A stretch of 64,000 nucleotides of DNA from Candidatus Aminicenantales bacterium (GTDB taxonomy: Bacteria; Acidobacteriota; Aminicenantia; Aminicenantales; Saccharicenantaceae): assembly GCA_049512315.1 (NCBI GenBank), contig JBEKXF010000012.1:1-64000 (forward strand), in the 5' to 3' direction. Shown here piece after piece: positions 47,336 through 57,002 of this stretch (positions within the stretch are counted from its first letter, which is position 1; each line of letters opens with the position of its first letter). Below the pieces are notes generated by a model, which saw only the letters and a list, made by a program, of their open reading frames with translations, made no database searches and was not told the origin of the DNA. The position numbers and the translations under genes are program-made.

Positions 47336-49021
47336 TTATTTTTCGCCCATTCGGGTAATTTCAAACTCGCATGGCTTTCCCGGTTGCGTCTGCGAAAGGA
47401 TGATAAAGATGAGCCCGTTTTCCATTTTGAAATCCAGGGGCAGGCCATCGGCAAGGGCGCTGACTTTTGTGCCGGGGCGCGCAGGCGAAAAACGAACTCC
47501 GAGCTTTTGCGGGCCGCTGCCCTCGTACGTCCCGGAGATACGGTCCGACTGCATGTGATATCGGAGAACCCGGCCGCGCCATCTCAGAGTCTGGCCGAAA
47601 CCCTGGCGCCAAAAATCATTCGTGACGGTAGGCGCAAGAACGACTGAGCCGTCAAGGCCCATATTCACGCCCAGAAGGAAGCGCTGAACGATGCGGATCA
47701 GGTTCGCCGGATATTCGCAATAGGTGTTGGGGCCGACCGCTTTGGCACCTCCCCTGCCGTCCGGCTGATACCGTTCGCGCCAATAGTAGCCGTTCCTGGT
47801 GCCTTCTTTGCAGACTCTCCGGATCCCGCGCATGAGGCCTTCAGCGTCCCCCATGCGGGACCGGGCTTGCGCGTCCAGGAACCAGACACGACCCATGGCC
47901 GCCAAGTCGTGCCGGTCGGTGTGGGTGAATTCCCAATCCTCGTAGTTCTCCGGACGCGTCGCGATGCCTGTGGGCATGCCGCCGTAATAGAAACCACTAT
48001 CGTTCTTGAGCTTCGGCCAGAGGACGGCCACCTGTTCCGGTGTCGCGACGTCCAGGGCGATGGCCGCCCAGTCGACGTCCGTCAGCCCGTGACTCGAGAT
48101 CAATCCGTGCTGGGGATTGTCGTATTCGGCGAATTGCTCTTTTTCTTTGACCCAGAACCGCGACACGAAATTCCGTCTGATGCGTTCGGCCAGATTCTCG
48201 TATTTCTTGGCTCTCTCCGCGTTCCCCGCCACGCGATTCAGGGCAGCCACCCGGCGAAAGGCGTCGACGGCATGGCCCTGCGCGACGCCGTCATGCTCGA
48301 TCCGGGCGGGGCGCTCGACATAATAGCCCGCGCCCCTGACGGCGCCGGAGTCGTCGACGAGAGAGGCCAAATGATCCGCCGCCAGGTTGACCGTGGGGAG
48401 CTGGGCCGTAAGCCAGTTCATATCGAGCGTCCTCCGGAAGATGTCGTCTGCGTTCTGGATATAGGTCGGGTCGGCCAGGGCCGCCAAGGGATTCCCAGGG
48501 ACCCAGTGGGCGTACAACCCGCCGTTGGCGGCAACCGTGGCCAGGTGGTCGCCCTCCCCTACCTGCTTTCCGGCCAGATTCGGCAGGACCGCGATCGGCA
48601 GGGCGCCGTCCGGCCGCTGGAACGAGCGAACATAATCCCAGTTGGCCTTGATCACATCGACCCGGCCGAGCCAAAGCAGAGCGTCGGTCATCTGGTGACC
48701 GTCAAGCGACGGGTACGTATAGCCGTATCCAAATCCTTGCCCGTCGGCGCAGACCGACCAGTAGCCGAAAAAAACCTTCGGGTTGACTGCCGCGATGACA
48801 TTCTGCGCAGCCGCTCGCTCATACGCCCGCGCGATCGCCCGGTCCGGGAGGTCGGGCCAATCTCCTGCGTCGGACGATTGCTGCCCTGGCCTGTTTTCGA
48901 ATACCTGCGGCTTGGTTTTTTCGACCTGCTGTTCGAAGTCGCGGGCCTGGGCCTGAGACGTCGCCATGAATAGGCACCCGAGGGCTGCCGACAGCACCAG
49001 GATGATTTCTCTGGCCCTCAT
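47336..49021 (-). CDS. Secreted protein, probable (alpha/alpha)6 glycosidase-like
   Basis: Signal peptide; helical pattern 'A.LNR.AG....A.KYE.LAE.I...F..RFW', 'WRERY', 'RFLLGV' resembling six-hairpin glycosidases. Confidence 0.55.
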   Translation of the reverse strand: MRAREIILVLSAALGCLFMATSQAQARDFEQQVEKTKPQVFENRPGQQSSDAGDWPDLPDRAIARAYERAAAQNVIAAVNPKVFFGYWSVCADGQGFGYGYTYPSLDGHQMTDALLWLGRVDVIKANWDYVRSFQRPDGALPIAVLPNLAGKQVGEGDHLATVAANGGLYAHWVPGNPLAALADPTYIQNADDIFRRTLDMNWLTAQLPTVNLAADHLASLVDDSGAVRGAGYYVERPARIEHDGVAQGHAVDAFRRVAALNRVAGNAERAKKYENLAERIRRNFVSRFWVKEKEQFAEYDNPQHGLISSHGLTDVDWAAIALDVATPEQVAVLWPKLKNDSGFYYGGMPTGIATRPENYEDWEFTHTDRHDLAAMGRVWFLDAQARSRMGDAEGLMRGIRRVCKEGTRNGYYWRERYQPDGRGGAKAVGPNTYCEYPANLIRIVQRFLLGVNMGLDGSVVLAPTVTNDFWRQGFGQTLRWRGRVLRYHMQSDRISGTYEGSGPQKLGVRFSPARPGTKVSALADGLPLDFKMENGLIFIILSQTQPGKPCEFEITRMGEK

Positions 49022-49208
49022 CGTTCCACTCTCGGCTCGTATCCTTTCGACGCGCCTTCCCGGCGAAAAACAAGTTATCGCGCGTCCCGGCCGAAGTCAA
49101 GGCTCGGCGGGGCCGTCATGAACGGGCAGCTTGCGCGGATGATGACGCGAGCGTCCGCCCTCTCTTGCATCGGGGCCACGAAATGGAGAAGAATAGGCTT
49201 CAGGTCCG

Positions 49209-51491
49209 ATGAAAACGGCCGTCAAAGTTAAAAAAAAATCGGGGGCGTCAATGAATCGCAGATCCAGGTTCTCCGCATCATTCCGTTTCCGGGCGTCCGG
49301 CTTGGCCTTGGCCGCGGCGGCGTTCGTTTTTCTTCTTTGGGCCGGCGGAACGAGCGCATTCTCCAATGATCCAAGAACCCCGGCCAGCGAAAAAAGCAAA
49401 GCCATCCTTGACTATATCCATCACATCGATCAATCCCTCTCCTCCGAACGGCTGGACCGCTATCTCAGGTATTTCACGGCCGAGCCCCACGTCGCTTCCT
49501 CACCCCGGAATAACGCTCTGGCCCAATTCATCCTCGACGAGTGGCAATCCTTCGGGCTCGAGGACGTCCGCCTGGCGGAGTATGACGTCCTCCTTTCATT
49601 CCCCGAGCGCATCGCCGTGGAGATCATTGCTCCCAAAAAACTCTCCCTGTCCCTCAAAGAAGACAGCGTCCCTCAGGACCCGGACACGCTGCGGCGGGAT
49701 GTCGGACTCCCCTACAATGCCTATTCGGCCTCCGGGAATATCGTCGCGCCCGTCGTCTACGCCAACAGCGGAAACCCGCAGGATTATGACCTCATCGAAA
49801 GAAGCGGCATCGACCTGAAGGGCAAGATCGCCCTCGTCCGCTACTCGGAACCGTATTCTTATCGCGGCTTCAAGGCCCAAACCGCCCAGCAACGCGAGCT
49901 GGCCGCTCTCCTGATCTATTCCGACCCGAAAGAGGACGGCTCCGCCCGCGGCCCGGTCTTCCCCGATGGCCCATGGGGGCCGATGAGTCACATCCAGCGG
50001 GGCGGGATCCCCTTTGACTTCATCTATCCCGGCGACCCGCTGACGCCCGGCTGGGCCTCCGTTCCCGGAGCGAAAAGGCTATCGCTCGAGGAGAGCGCGG
50101 CCGTCCCCAAGATCATCAGCATTCCCATTTCGGCCCGCGACGCTCTTCCGCTCTTCCAAATGATGGGCGGACCCCAAGCGCCGAAAGAATGGCGGGGAGC
50201 GCTCCCGGTCACTTATCGCCTCGGAGGCGACCTCCCCCGCGTCCATATCGATATCAAAATGGACAACTCGACGCGCAAGATCATCGACGTCATCGGCTGC
50301 ATCAGGGGGAGCGAAGACCCTGAACAGGCCGTGCTCGTCGGCAACCACCGCGACGCGTGGGTCTTCGGCGGGCTCGACCCGTCGAGCGGGACGGCCTGCC
50401 TGATGGAGCTGGCCCGGGCCTTCGGAGAGGCTAAGAAGGCCGGCTTCCGTCCCCGGCGCTCGGTCTATTTCGCGAGCTGGGACGCCGAGGAATTCACCCT
50501 TACCGGCTCGACCGAATGGGGGGAGGAAAACCGGGACTGGCTCGGCCAAAGCCTCATCGCCTACCTCAATGTTGACAGCTCTGCCGACGGCAAGGACTTC
50601 AATGTCGCGGCGGTGCCCGCGCTTTCGCGGATCATCCTCGGGGCTCTCTATGACGTTTCCGATCCAACGACTGGGCAAACGGTCTACGAGCGCTGGAAAA
50701 AGGGCCCCCAGGAGAAGGGGACGATCGCCACGGCCTCGGGCAGCGGCCGGATCAACGCGATCGGCAGCGGGTCCGACCACACCGTCTTTCTCAACCATCT
50801 CTGCGCCCCGGCCCTGGACATGAACTTCTCGGGAGACTACGGGGTTTATCATTCCATATACGACGACTATTACTGGATGAGGCACTTCGGCGACCCGGGG
50901 ATGCGGTACACGAAAGCGCTGGACCGGATCTGGGCGCGCATCGCCGTCGACCTGGCCTCGAGCCCGCTCGTCCCCCTGGACTATGAAACATACGCCACGG
51001 AGCTCAAAGCGTACCTCGAGGAGTGGGCCAAGCCGTTCGACCCCGCGAAGAAAAAGCTCGGACCGCTCTTCGGGCTCGTCGAGGAGATGAGACGGGCGGC
51101 GGCCGGAATCAGTCCGGCTCTCTTCGGCGGAAGCGCGGCTGGGAAGCCGCCGGAGAGGGGGACATGGCCAAGCACGGTAGGGGCGACTGGAGTGGAGCCC
51201 GGGACGGAGGTCGCGGCGGAAAAAAGGGGCGAAGCCAACCGGCTCCTGATCGAGGTCGAAAGGGATTTCGCGCTCCCCGAAGGCATCCCGAACAGGAGCT
51301 GGTTCAAGCACCTCGTTTTCGGGACGCGCTCGACCTACGTGGCGCTCCTCCTCCCGGAGCTGACCGAAGCGGCCGAGGCGGGGAACGAGAAGGGCGTGGA
51401 GGCCGCCATCGCCCACCTCGAAGCCGCTGTCGGCAAGGTGACCCTCAGGCTGAAAAATATCGCCGCGATCCTTGGTCATCCCGGGACCTGA
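49209..51491 (+). CDS. M28B glutamate carboxypeptidase II-like peptidase (PA + TfR dimerisation domains)
   Basis: PHVAS, Y.VLLS.P, GDPLTPG, GNHRDAW..G..DPSSG, SWDAEEF...GSTEW, YLNVD, GSGSDH, YHS.YD, RSWFKH. Start may be 49251. Confidence 0.92.
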   Translation: MKTAVKVKKKSGASMNRRSRFSASFRFRASGLALAAAAFVFLLWAGGTSAFSNDPRTPASEKSKAILDYIHHIDQSLSSERLDRYLRYFTAEPHVASSPRNNALAQFILDEWQSFGLEDVRLAEYDVLLSFPERIAVEIIAPKKLSLSLKEDSVPQDPDTLRRDVGLPYNAYSASGNIVAPVVYANSGNPQDYDLIERSGIDLKGKIALVRYSEPYSYRGFKAQTAQQRELAALLIYSDPKEDGSARGPVFPDGPWGPMSHIQRGGIPFDFIYPGDPLTPGWASVPGAKRLSLEESAAVPKIISIPISARDALPLFQMMGGPQAPKEWRGALPVTYRLGGDLPRVHIDIKMDNSTRKIIDVIGCIRGSEDPEQAVLVGNHRDAWVFGGLDPSSGTACLMELARAFGEAKKAGFRPRRSVYFASWDAEEFTLTGSTEWGEENRDWLGQSLIAYLNVDSSADGKDFNVAAVPALSRIILGALYDVSDPTTGQTVYERWKKGPQEKGTIATASGSGRINAIGSGSDHTVFLNHLCAPALDMNFSGDYGVYHSIYDDYYWMRHFGDPGMRYTKALDRIWARIAVDLASSPLVPLDYETYATELKAYLEEWAKPFDPAKKKLGPLFGLVEEMRRAAAGISPALFGGSAAGKPPERGTWPSTVGATGVEPGTEVAAEKRGEANRLLIEVERDFALPEGIPNRSWFKHLVFGTRSTYVALLLPELTEAAEAGNEKGVEAAIAHLEAAVGKVTLRLKNIAAILGHPGT

Positions 51492-51551
51492 ATCCCGACT
51501 AAATTGATGGGCCCAAAAATGCGGGGCGTGCTAAGATAACGGCAAGGGGAC

Positions 51552-52328
51552 ATGAAAAAGAACCGAGTTCTCGCCTGCGCCGTCGCTCTCTCCTTCTGCC
51601 TGCCCCTGGTCGCCGGCGCCGACATCCGTGTCCTCGGGACTCTGAGCGTCGAGCCGGCCCCGGAGTGGGGGCGCAGGGCGACGGACCTCACGATCGCCCG
51701 GGAATGGTGGTTCGCCCGGGACCGGATGGCGTTCATCACCCAGGACTGGCGATTCGTTTTCGACAAGACCCGCGGTCGCATCCTCGTCATCAACACCACG
51801 GACCGGTATTTCGTGGAGGCGGGCATGACGGCGGACTCACTTGAGCTCGTCGACCCCGGTTACGTCGGAGCCCTCGGCCGTTTCCGGGCCAACGGGGCCG
51901 TCGAGAGATCCCCGAAAAAGAAGACGGTCCTCGGCCGGGAATGCGCGGGCACGGTCGTCTCGGAATGGCTTGTCAACGACAACCAGCATTTTTTCGACAG
52001 GGATAGGACGATCTACGCCACCACCGACGTCCCCTTCGACTGGCGCCTGAGCCGGGACCTCGCCGCGTGGATGCTCTCCTTCTTTAATCCCGAGATGACC
52101 TATTTCGGGGGGATGCGGTCCATCGAGGGATTCCCGCTGGCCGAGACCGATGTCTACGTCCGGAACACCCAGAGGATGGCCTACGGCACCGAGGTCACGG
52201 ACATCCGGGAGGCGACTCCGCCGGGCGGCTTCTACGACATCCCCGAAGGATTCAGCCGGAGGGAGAAGCTATCCCAGCGCGACCTCCTCGCCATGCGCCA
52301 GATCCTTTACCTCGTCTATTACTTCTGA
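51552..52328 (+). CDS. Secreted hypothetical protein (DUF4412-like)
   Basis: Signal peptide; 'KKTVLGREC...IEGFPL...FYDIPEGF' pattern. Confidence 0.6.
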   Translation: MKKNRVLACAVALSFCLPLVAGADIRVLGTLSVEPAPEWGRRATDLTIAREWWFARDRMAFITQDWRFVFDKTRGRILVINTTDRYFVEAGMTADSLELVDPGYVGALGRFRANGAVERSPKKKTVLGRECAGTVVSEWLVNDNQHFFDRDRTIYATTDVPFDWRLSRDLAAWMLSFFNPEMTYFGGMRSIEGFPLAETDVYVRNTQRMAYGTEVTDIREATPPGGFYDIPEGFSRREKLSQRDLLAMRQILYLVYYF

Positions 52329-52330
52329 TC

Positions 52331-52471
52331 AATTTCGGTGACACACAACTCAACCACTCAATTCCCCCGGAAATTGGGTTTTCCAAATGGCGAACACGGT
52401 ACCCATTCCCGAATTTGTCTGCAGGCGGTATTTCGGTAATTAGATATATGTCACCGAAATATCACCGAAAT
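52331..52471. repeat. Family A REP-like mosaic (3 units)
   Basis: AATTTCGGTGACACACAACTC... (52331, +), degenerate unit ending CCCGAATTT (52385-52416), inverted unit ATTTCGGTAATTAGATATATGTCACCGAAAT (52430-52460) followed by a duplicated TCACCGAAAT. Confidence 0.88.
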
Positions 52472-52488
52472 AGGCGAAGAGGCGGATC

Positions 52489-55443
52489 TCAGGGCTCGGC
52501 CGCGGCCCGGGCCGCCGCCTCGATGGCGATGGCCGCGACCGCGGACCCGTAATCGAGGTCGATATTCCCCATCGTGTCCTGCGTGTCGTGATAGCCGGTG
52601 CGGTTGATATCGTAGTTTTCCATGAAGAGCACGACCGGCACGCCGACATCCGAGAAGATCTGGCCGTCGGTGTTGAACAGGGAACTCAGAGGGTTCTCCG
52701 GCGTCCGGATCTCGCCGAACAGCCGGGGATAGAGGGCGATCTCCGGCAGGCGGGCCGGGTCGGGACTCCGCTTTCCGCGCCCCCGCCCCCGGCGCTCGGG
52801 GCCCCGGTTCCCGTCCTCCGCTTTCAGGTTCCAGATCCGGTTGGCCGCATAAGCGTGCCGGGCGAGCTTCAGTGAACCGGCGCCCCTCCCCGGGGACATC
52901 TGAAAGACGTCCCGCTCGCTGTCCAGGTTGTGGGCGATCATGTCCATGACGAAAACCCCCGCCACGCGCGTCCCGGCGAGGTTGACGGTCTCGCCGCCCG
53001 CGAGTCGCATCCGGAGCGACCCCTCCACCAGAGTCCGGCAGAAATGGCGTGCGCCCATGCAGTCGGCCGGGAACTCCTCGCCCGTGAGATGGAGCAGCCA
53101 GACATCCCGCTCGAGGCGCCCCTCCTTGGCCAGCCTCAGGAAAACCGGCCCCGCCCGGAGGAGCGTCGCTGTCGCCGAATGATTGTCGTCCGCTCCGGCG
53201 GCCGCGATCCGGACGCCGTCCCCGCCTCTGGACTTGTCGTACCGGTCTTCCATGTAGGCCGTGTCGTAATGGTCGGCCAGGACGATCGCTTCCCGACGGT
53301 TCTTCCCGGGGATGACGACCAGGATGTCCCGCTCATGGGTCTTCCCGTCCTGGTTTTCCTTCCAGCCGCCGAAGATCGAGTAATCGAAATCCGTCTTCCA
53401 GTAGAACGGGACCTCGCCGCAAAGGGCCGTCCCTTTCATGCCCGCCGCCACGATGGCCTGCCGGTGGCGGTCCATGAGATAGTCGCCGAGGGCCTCGAGG
53501 TCGCGGCGACAGTGGGAGAGACAGCTCAACGTCAGGGGGTCCTGGGCGCAGTCGGCGTTGTCCTTGTTGACATAGCGGCCGTGGGCGAGAAGCGCGATGT
53601 CGTTCCAGAGGCCCTCCTCGAAAGCGCGCGTGGCGGTCTCGGCGTAGGTCACGGATTCTGAAACGACATGGGCCGCCCCGGCGGATCCCGGCGCGGACGC
53701 GGCCGGCGGTTCGAGGATCCGCCCGATCTCGCGCTGGATCGCCCGCCCTTTCGGGGGGTCCGCCGACCGATCAGCCAGAGAGGAGGACCAGGCGTCGAGC
53801 GACTCCTCTTCGGCCAGGCGCAGGAGGTGCCGGGCAAAATCCCGCGGTAACGGCCGGCCGTCGAGGAGCGTATGGCTGTTCAATAGGGCCAGGATATTCA
53901 GCGGCGTCTGATGCGTGTAATGCTCGCGCAGATGATCGCAGATCCGCAGCGCTTCGAGGTAGGTTTCGCGGCGGAGAAACCGGGGCCAGAGAAAGAGCGG
54001 ACGGGCCGGGTCCGGTGGATCCGCCCGATAAGCCGTCAGGCAGCCGAGCGGCGCTCCGGGCAGGACCTCGGCCCGCGACTTCTCTTCCGACCAGAAGGCC
54101 GCGAGCGGCCGGTGCCAGTAAATCTCGTGGCGTCCGACCCGCATCGCCGGGAATTGGAAGCGATAGCTGAAAAGCCCGCCCTTGGCCACCGCCTCGCCGG
54201 CCGCGTAAATCTGACCGGGATCGGCGTTCGGCCCGTCGAGGAGCAGCCGCGAATCCTCGGTCCAGATCTGGCAGTTCCGGGCCAGGGGTTTGTCGTAAAG
54301 GCCGATCGCGTCGGGCGCGGTGCTGAAGAGGACCCTGGCGACCCGGTCCTCGAGCCTGCTCAAGGCCACATCATCCTCGTAGCGGCGGACGCGGTTCCAG
54401 CGGCTCGTCCGCTTGTACGTGTTGAGCAGCAGCTCCCCATGGATCTCCGGGGGAACCCGGCCGGTCCCTTCTTCATGAAGCCATCCCGACTGCGGGATGC
54501 GGAAGCCGCCGGGCGCGCCATGACGGGCCGCGAGGCGCTGCAGGGAAATCTGCATGGCCAGGGGCAGCTTTTCCTGGAGGCGGATATAGTCGCGCTCCCC
54601 CCAGAAAACGAGGCTTCCCGGGTAAGGCAGCAGGACGAGCTTCCCTGAAAAATAGCGCTGTTTGACCTTCTCCGGAAGGCGGGCGAAGGGCCGGAAGGTC
54701 AGGAGATAGCGAACGTCGTCGAAGGCCGCCGCCCCCGCGTCGACGAGGAGCGGCGCCGTCCAAGAAGGAAGGGCGGCCTCAATCCAGTACGGGAACCGCG
54801 GGTCCGGCTCCGTCGGCAGGACCCGGAACCCGGTCGGCCGAAGCCCGGCTGAGCCTTTAACGGGCTCGCCGTACACTCGGGAGAGAAGATCGACCAGGAA
54901 GGCAAGCGATCCGCTCTCTGGAAGCTCCCGGTCCGGAGCCGAGCGGAATCCCTTCCAGAAGGCTTGTTCGGGCCCCTGCTCGCTCGACCCGAAAAACGTC
55001 CAGCGGACGCGCCCCTTATCATCCTGGGTCCTCGACAGGGCCAGCGGGAGAAAAACGACATAGCACTCGCGGCCGAGCAGCGCGGTCCGGGCCAGAAGCT
55101 CGGGCGGGCAGTAGGGATTGTCGACGAGGTTCCGGCCTTTGTGCCCGGGGATGCGGAATTCGGGCTTGCCCCGCCCCAGCCTGACGAGGGCCCCGACGAT
55201 CTCCTCGGCGAGATGCTCGAGCCCCGGCTTGAGCTCGTACTCCTCCTCGATCTCGGGGATCGCCCAGCCGTAGGGGTCATCGTCCGAAAAAGGCAGGGCT
55301 TCCCGGTCACCGTAGGGCTTGCGGCCGAGCCGCGGCGGCGGCATGAATTCCGAGTAGGCGGGAAGCGGGAAGCTCCCTTTGCCGTCCAGCCACGGGAAGC
55401 CCTCCATCAGGAGCCGCCAGCCGGTCGGGGTGGTCGGGCTCAT
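52489..55443 (-). CDS. Large protein: about 640-aa N-terminal region of unknown function fused to a C-terminal M28 metallopeptidase domain
   Basis: C-terminal DHYDT, GADDN.S.T, TGEE, MDMI, YH...D motifs; no signal peptide. Confidence 0.78.
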   Translation of the reverse strand: MSPTTPTGWRLLMEGFPWLDGKGSFPLPAYSEFMPPPRLGRKPYGDREALPFSDDDPYGWAIPEIEEEYELKPGLEHLAEEIVGALVRLGRGKPEFRIPGHKGRNLVDNPYCPPELLARTALLGRECYVVFLPLALSRTQDDKGRVRWTFFGSSEQGPEQAFWKGFRSAPDRELPESGSLAFLVDLLSRVYGEPVKGSAGLRPTGFRVLPTEPDPRFPYWIEAALPSWTAPLLVDAGAAAFDDVRYLLTFRPFARLPEKVKQRYFSGKLVLLPYPGSLVFWGERDYIRLQEKLPLAMQISLQRLAARHGAPGGFRIPQSGWLHEEGTGRVPPEIHGELLLNTYKRTSRWNRVRRYEDDVALSRLEDRVARVLFSTAPDAIGLYDKPLARNCQIWTEDSRLLLDGPNADPGQIYAAGEAVAKGGLFSYRFQFPAMRVGRHEIYWHRPLAAFWSEEKSRAEVLPGAPLGCLTAYRADPPDPARPLFLWPRFLRRETYLEALRICDHLREHYTHQTPLNILALLNSHTLLDGRPLPRDFARHLLRLAEEESLDAWSSSLADRSADPPKGRAIQREIGRILEPPAASAPGSAGAAHVVSESVTYAETATRAFEEGLWNDIALLAHGRYVNKDNADCAQDPLTLSCLSHCRRDLEALGDYLMDRHRQAIVAAGMKGTALCGEVPFYWKTDFDYSIFGGWKENQDGKTHERDILVVIPGKNRREAIVLADHYDTAYMEDRYDKSRGGDGVRIAAAGADDNHSATATLLRAGPVFLRLAKEGRLERDVWLLHLTGEEFPADCMGARHFCRTLVEGSLRMRLAGGETVNLAGTRVAGVFVMDMIAHNLDSERDVFQMSPGRGAGSLKLARHAYAANRIWNLKAEDGNRGPERRGRGRGKRSPDPARLPEIALYPRLFGEIRTPENPLSSLFNTDGQIFSDVGVPVVLFMENYDINRTGYHDTQDTMGNIDLDYGSAVAAIAIEAAARAAAEP

Positions 55444-55452
55444 GGGGTCAGC

Positions 55453-56787
55453 TCACGATCCCGCGAGCCGCACGGGATCCGCGTTCGGCACGGCTTGATA
55501 GGACACGTAGCTTCCCCGCCGGTCCCTGGCCACGGGCATTCGCATGAGCCAGGTTCCCTGCCGCACCTCGACGGCCGTCCATGCGGCCGGAACGTATGTT
55601 TTCAGGGTGAGCGGCAGGTCGTAGACCCCGGCCGCGAGGTCGTGCCCCACCGTCACGTCGATCACGTCCCCAGCCCGCGAGGCCTGGACCCGGGCGTGCA
55701 TGCGCTCTCTCATGTACTTCGTCACATCCTGGAATGTCGCCACCCAGATCTGATCTTGCTTCGACTTGATGTAGCCGAAATATTCCGTGAGCTCCGCGCC
55801 CGTCTTCGGTTCCCAACCGATGCCGTCGACGCCGTGGAAGACGAGCACGAGCCACATGTTGTCGTGCGCGGCGACCGTGTCGATCCACGATCTCATCAGG
55901 CTCATCGGGGTTTTCGTCAGGGCCCCGCGCTGCCACTGCACGTACTCTTTCGTGGACGCGGCCGGGTCCTTCACGCTCGAGCGGTCGAGCTCTTCCAGGA
56001 ACGGCTCGGGCAGGCGGTTCCGCGACGCCGGATAGCGGGCGAGCGCATAACGGAGGACCCGCTCGTCCTCGGTGCCGTAGGGACATTCGACGGTGAAAGT
56101 GTGCTTGGGGCCGAGGTGATCGAGGATCTCCTTGCGGCTCTTCTCGAGCTCATAAACAAGGTTGGCCTCGTCAAGGACCGCCAGGCGGGGATGCGTGACC
56201 GTATGGCTGGAAAATTCGTAGCCCCGTTCCGCCAGCGCCTTCAGCTCATCCCACGTGACCGCGTCCCGCTTCCCGGCGACGACATCCGATTTTGTTTCTT
56301 TCTGGAAAGCGCCGCGGCGTACCTTAGCGTAGGCCTCGTCGATCAGCCGGAAGGCCTCTTCGGCTTTGCCGTCCTCGTACAGCTCGCCGGCCCGGCTGTG
56401 GTATTCGAGAGTCCCGCGGAGGGCGAGGTGGCCGATCGCGGAGGCCCGTTCGAAAAAATTGTCACTGTTGGTCGGCACGCCGGCGGTCTCACGGATGATA
56501 GCTCGGGTCGGGCGGCCGATGAACGTGCCGGGGTATCGGGAGCCCGGAATGTCGCCCGTGATGATGTGGAAGGTCGCGGGGAAGCCAAGCCCGTTCATGA
56601 TGGGCACCGCGACGCGGAACTGGTTGATGCTTTTATCATCAAAGGTCAGCGAAACCGCCGCCCGCTTTTCGAACCGCCACTTGGCGATCTCCGTTTGTCC
56701 TACTTCGGCGTCTTGGCCCGGAGAGGAGCGAAGGGCGAGGCAAATGATCCCCGCCATGGCGAGCCAAGAACAGGTCACGCGCTTCAT
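55453..56787 (-). CDS. Secreted polysaccharide deacetylase (NodB/CE4-like)
   Basis: AVSLTFDD, ATF.I, GYEFSSHTVTHP.L, PYG, WLVLVFHG. Start ATG 56787 after GAGGAGG. Confidence 0.82.
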   Translation of the reverse strand: MKRVTCSWLAMAGIICLALRSSPGQDAEVGQTEIAKWRFEKRAAVSLTFDDKSINQFRVAVPIMNGLGFPATFHIITGDIPGSRYPGTFIGRPTRAIIRETAGVPTNSDNFFERASAIGHLALRGTLEYHSRAGELYEDGKAEEAFRLIDEAYAKVRRGAFQKETKSDVVAGKRDAVTWDELKALAERGYEFSSHTVTHPRLAVLDEANLVYELEKSRKEILDHLGPKHTFTVECPYGTEDERVLRYALARYPASRNRLPEPFLEELDRSSVKDPAASTKEYVQWQRGALTKTPMSLMRSWIDTVAAHDNMWLVLVFHGVDGIGWEPKTGAELTEYFGYIKSKQDQIWVATFQDVTKYMRERMHARVQASRAGDVIDVTVGHDLAAGVYDLPLTLKTYVPAAWTAVEVRQGTWLMRMPVARDRRGSYVSYQAVPNADPVRLAGS

Positions 56788-56840
56788 CCGAACCTCCTCG
56801 TCCGAACCAGGCACCGCGCCGCGTCTCTTATTTTGCCCCA

Positions 56841-57002
56841 AATTTTGGTGACACACAACTCCATCGCTTAATTTCTCCTCCGAGATAGGGACACCATACT
56901 TATTTCCGAATTTCACAGCCTGCGTGAATTTCGGCATAGAGTCGAGTGTCACCGAAATTTTGCCTGTGAGAATTCTGGTAATTAGTTGTGTGTCACCGAA
57001 TT
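56841..57002. repeat. Family A REP-like mosaic (4 units)
   Basis: Units at 56841 (+, AATTTTGGTGACACACAACTC), 56886 (+, GGGACACCATACTTATTTCCGAATTT), 56927-56959 (-, AATTTCGGTGACACTCGACTCTATGCCGAAATT) and 56971-57002 (-, AATTCGGTGACACACAACTAATTACCAGAATT). Confidence 0.9.

Noticed and set aside
56788..56952. N-terminal extension of the polysaccharide deacetylase ORF
   Set aside because: It only reads through the Family A repeat mosaic; a strong RBS and signal peptide start at ATG 56787.
52331..57002. Family A units as a CRISPR array
   Set aside because: Units occur in both orientations, are irregularly spaced, vary in sequence and are dispersed over 36 kb; no cas genes are in the window.
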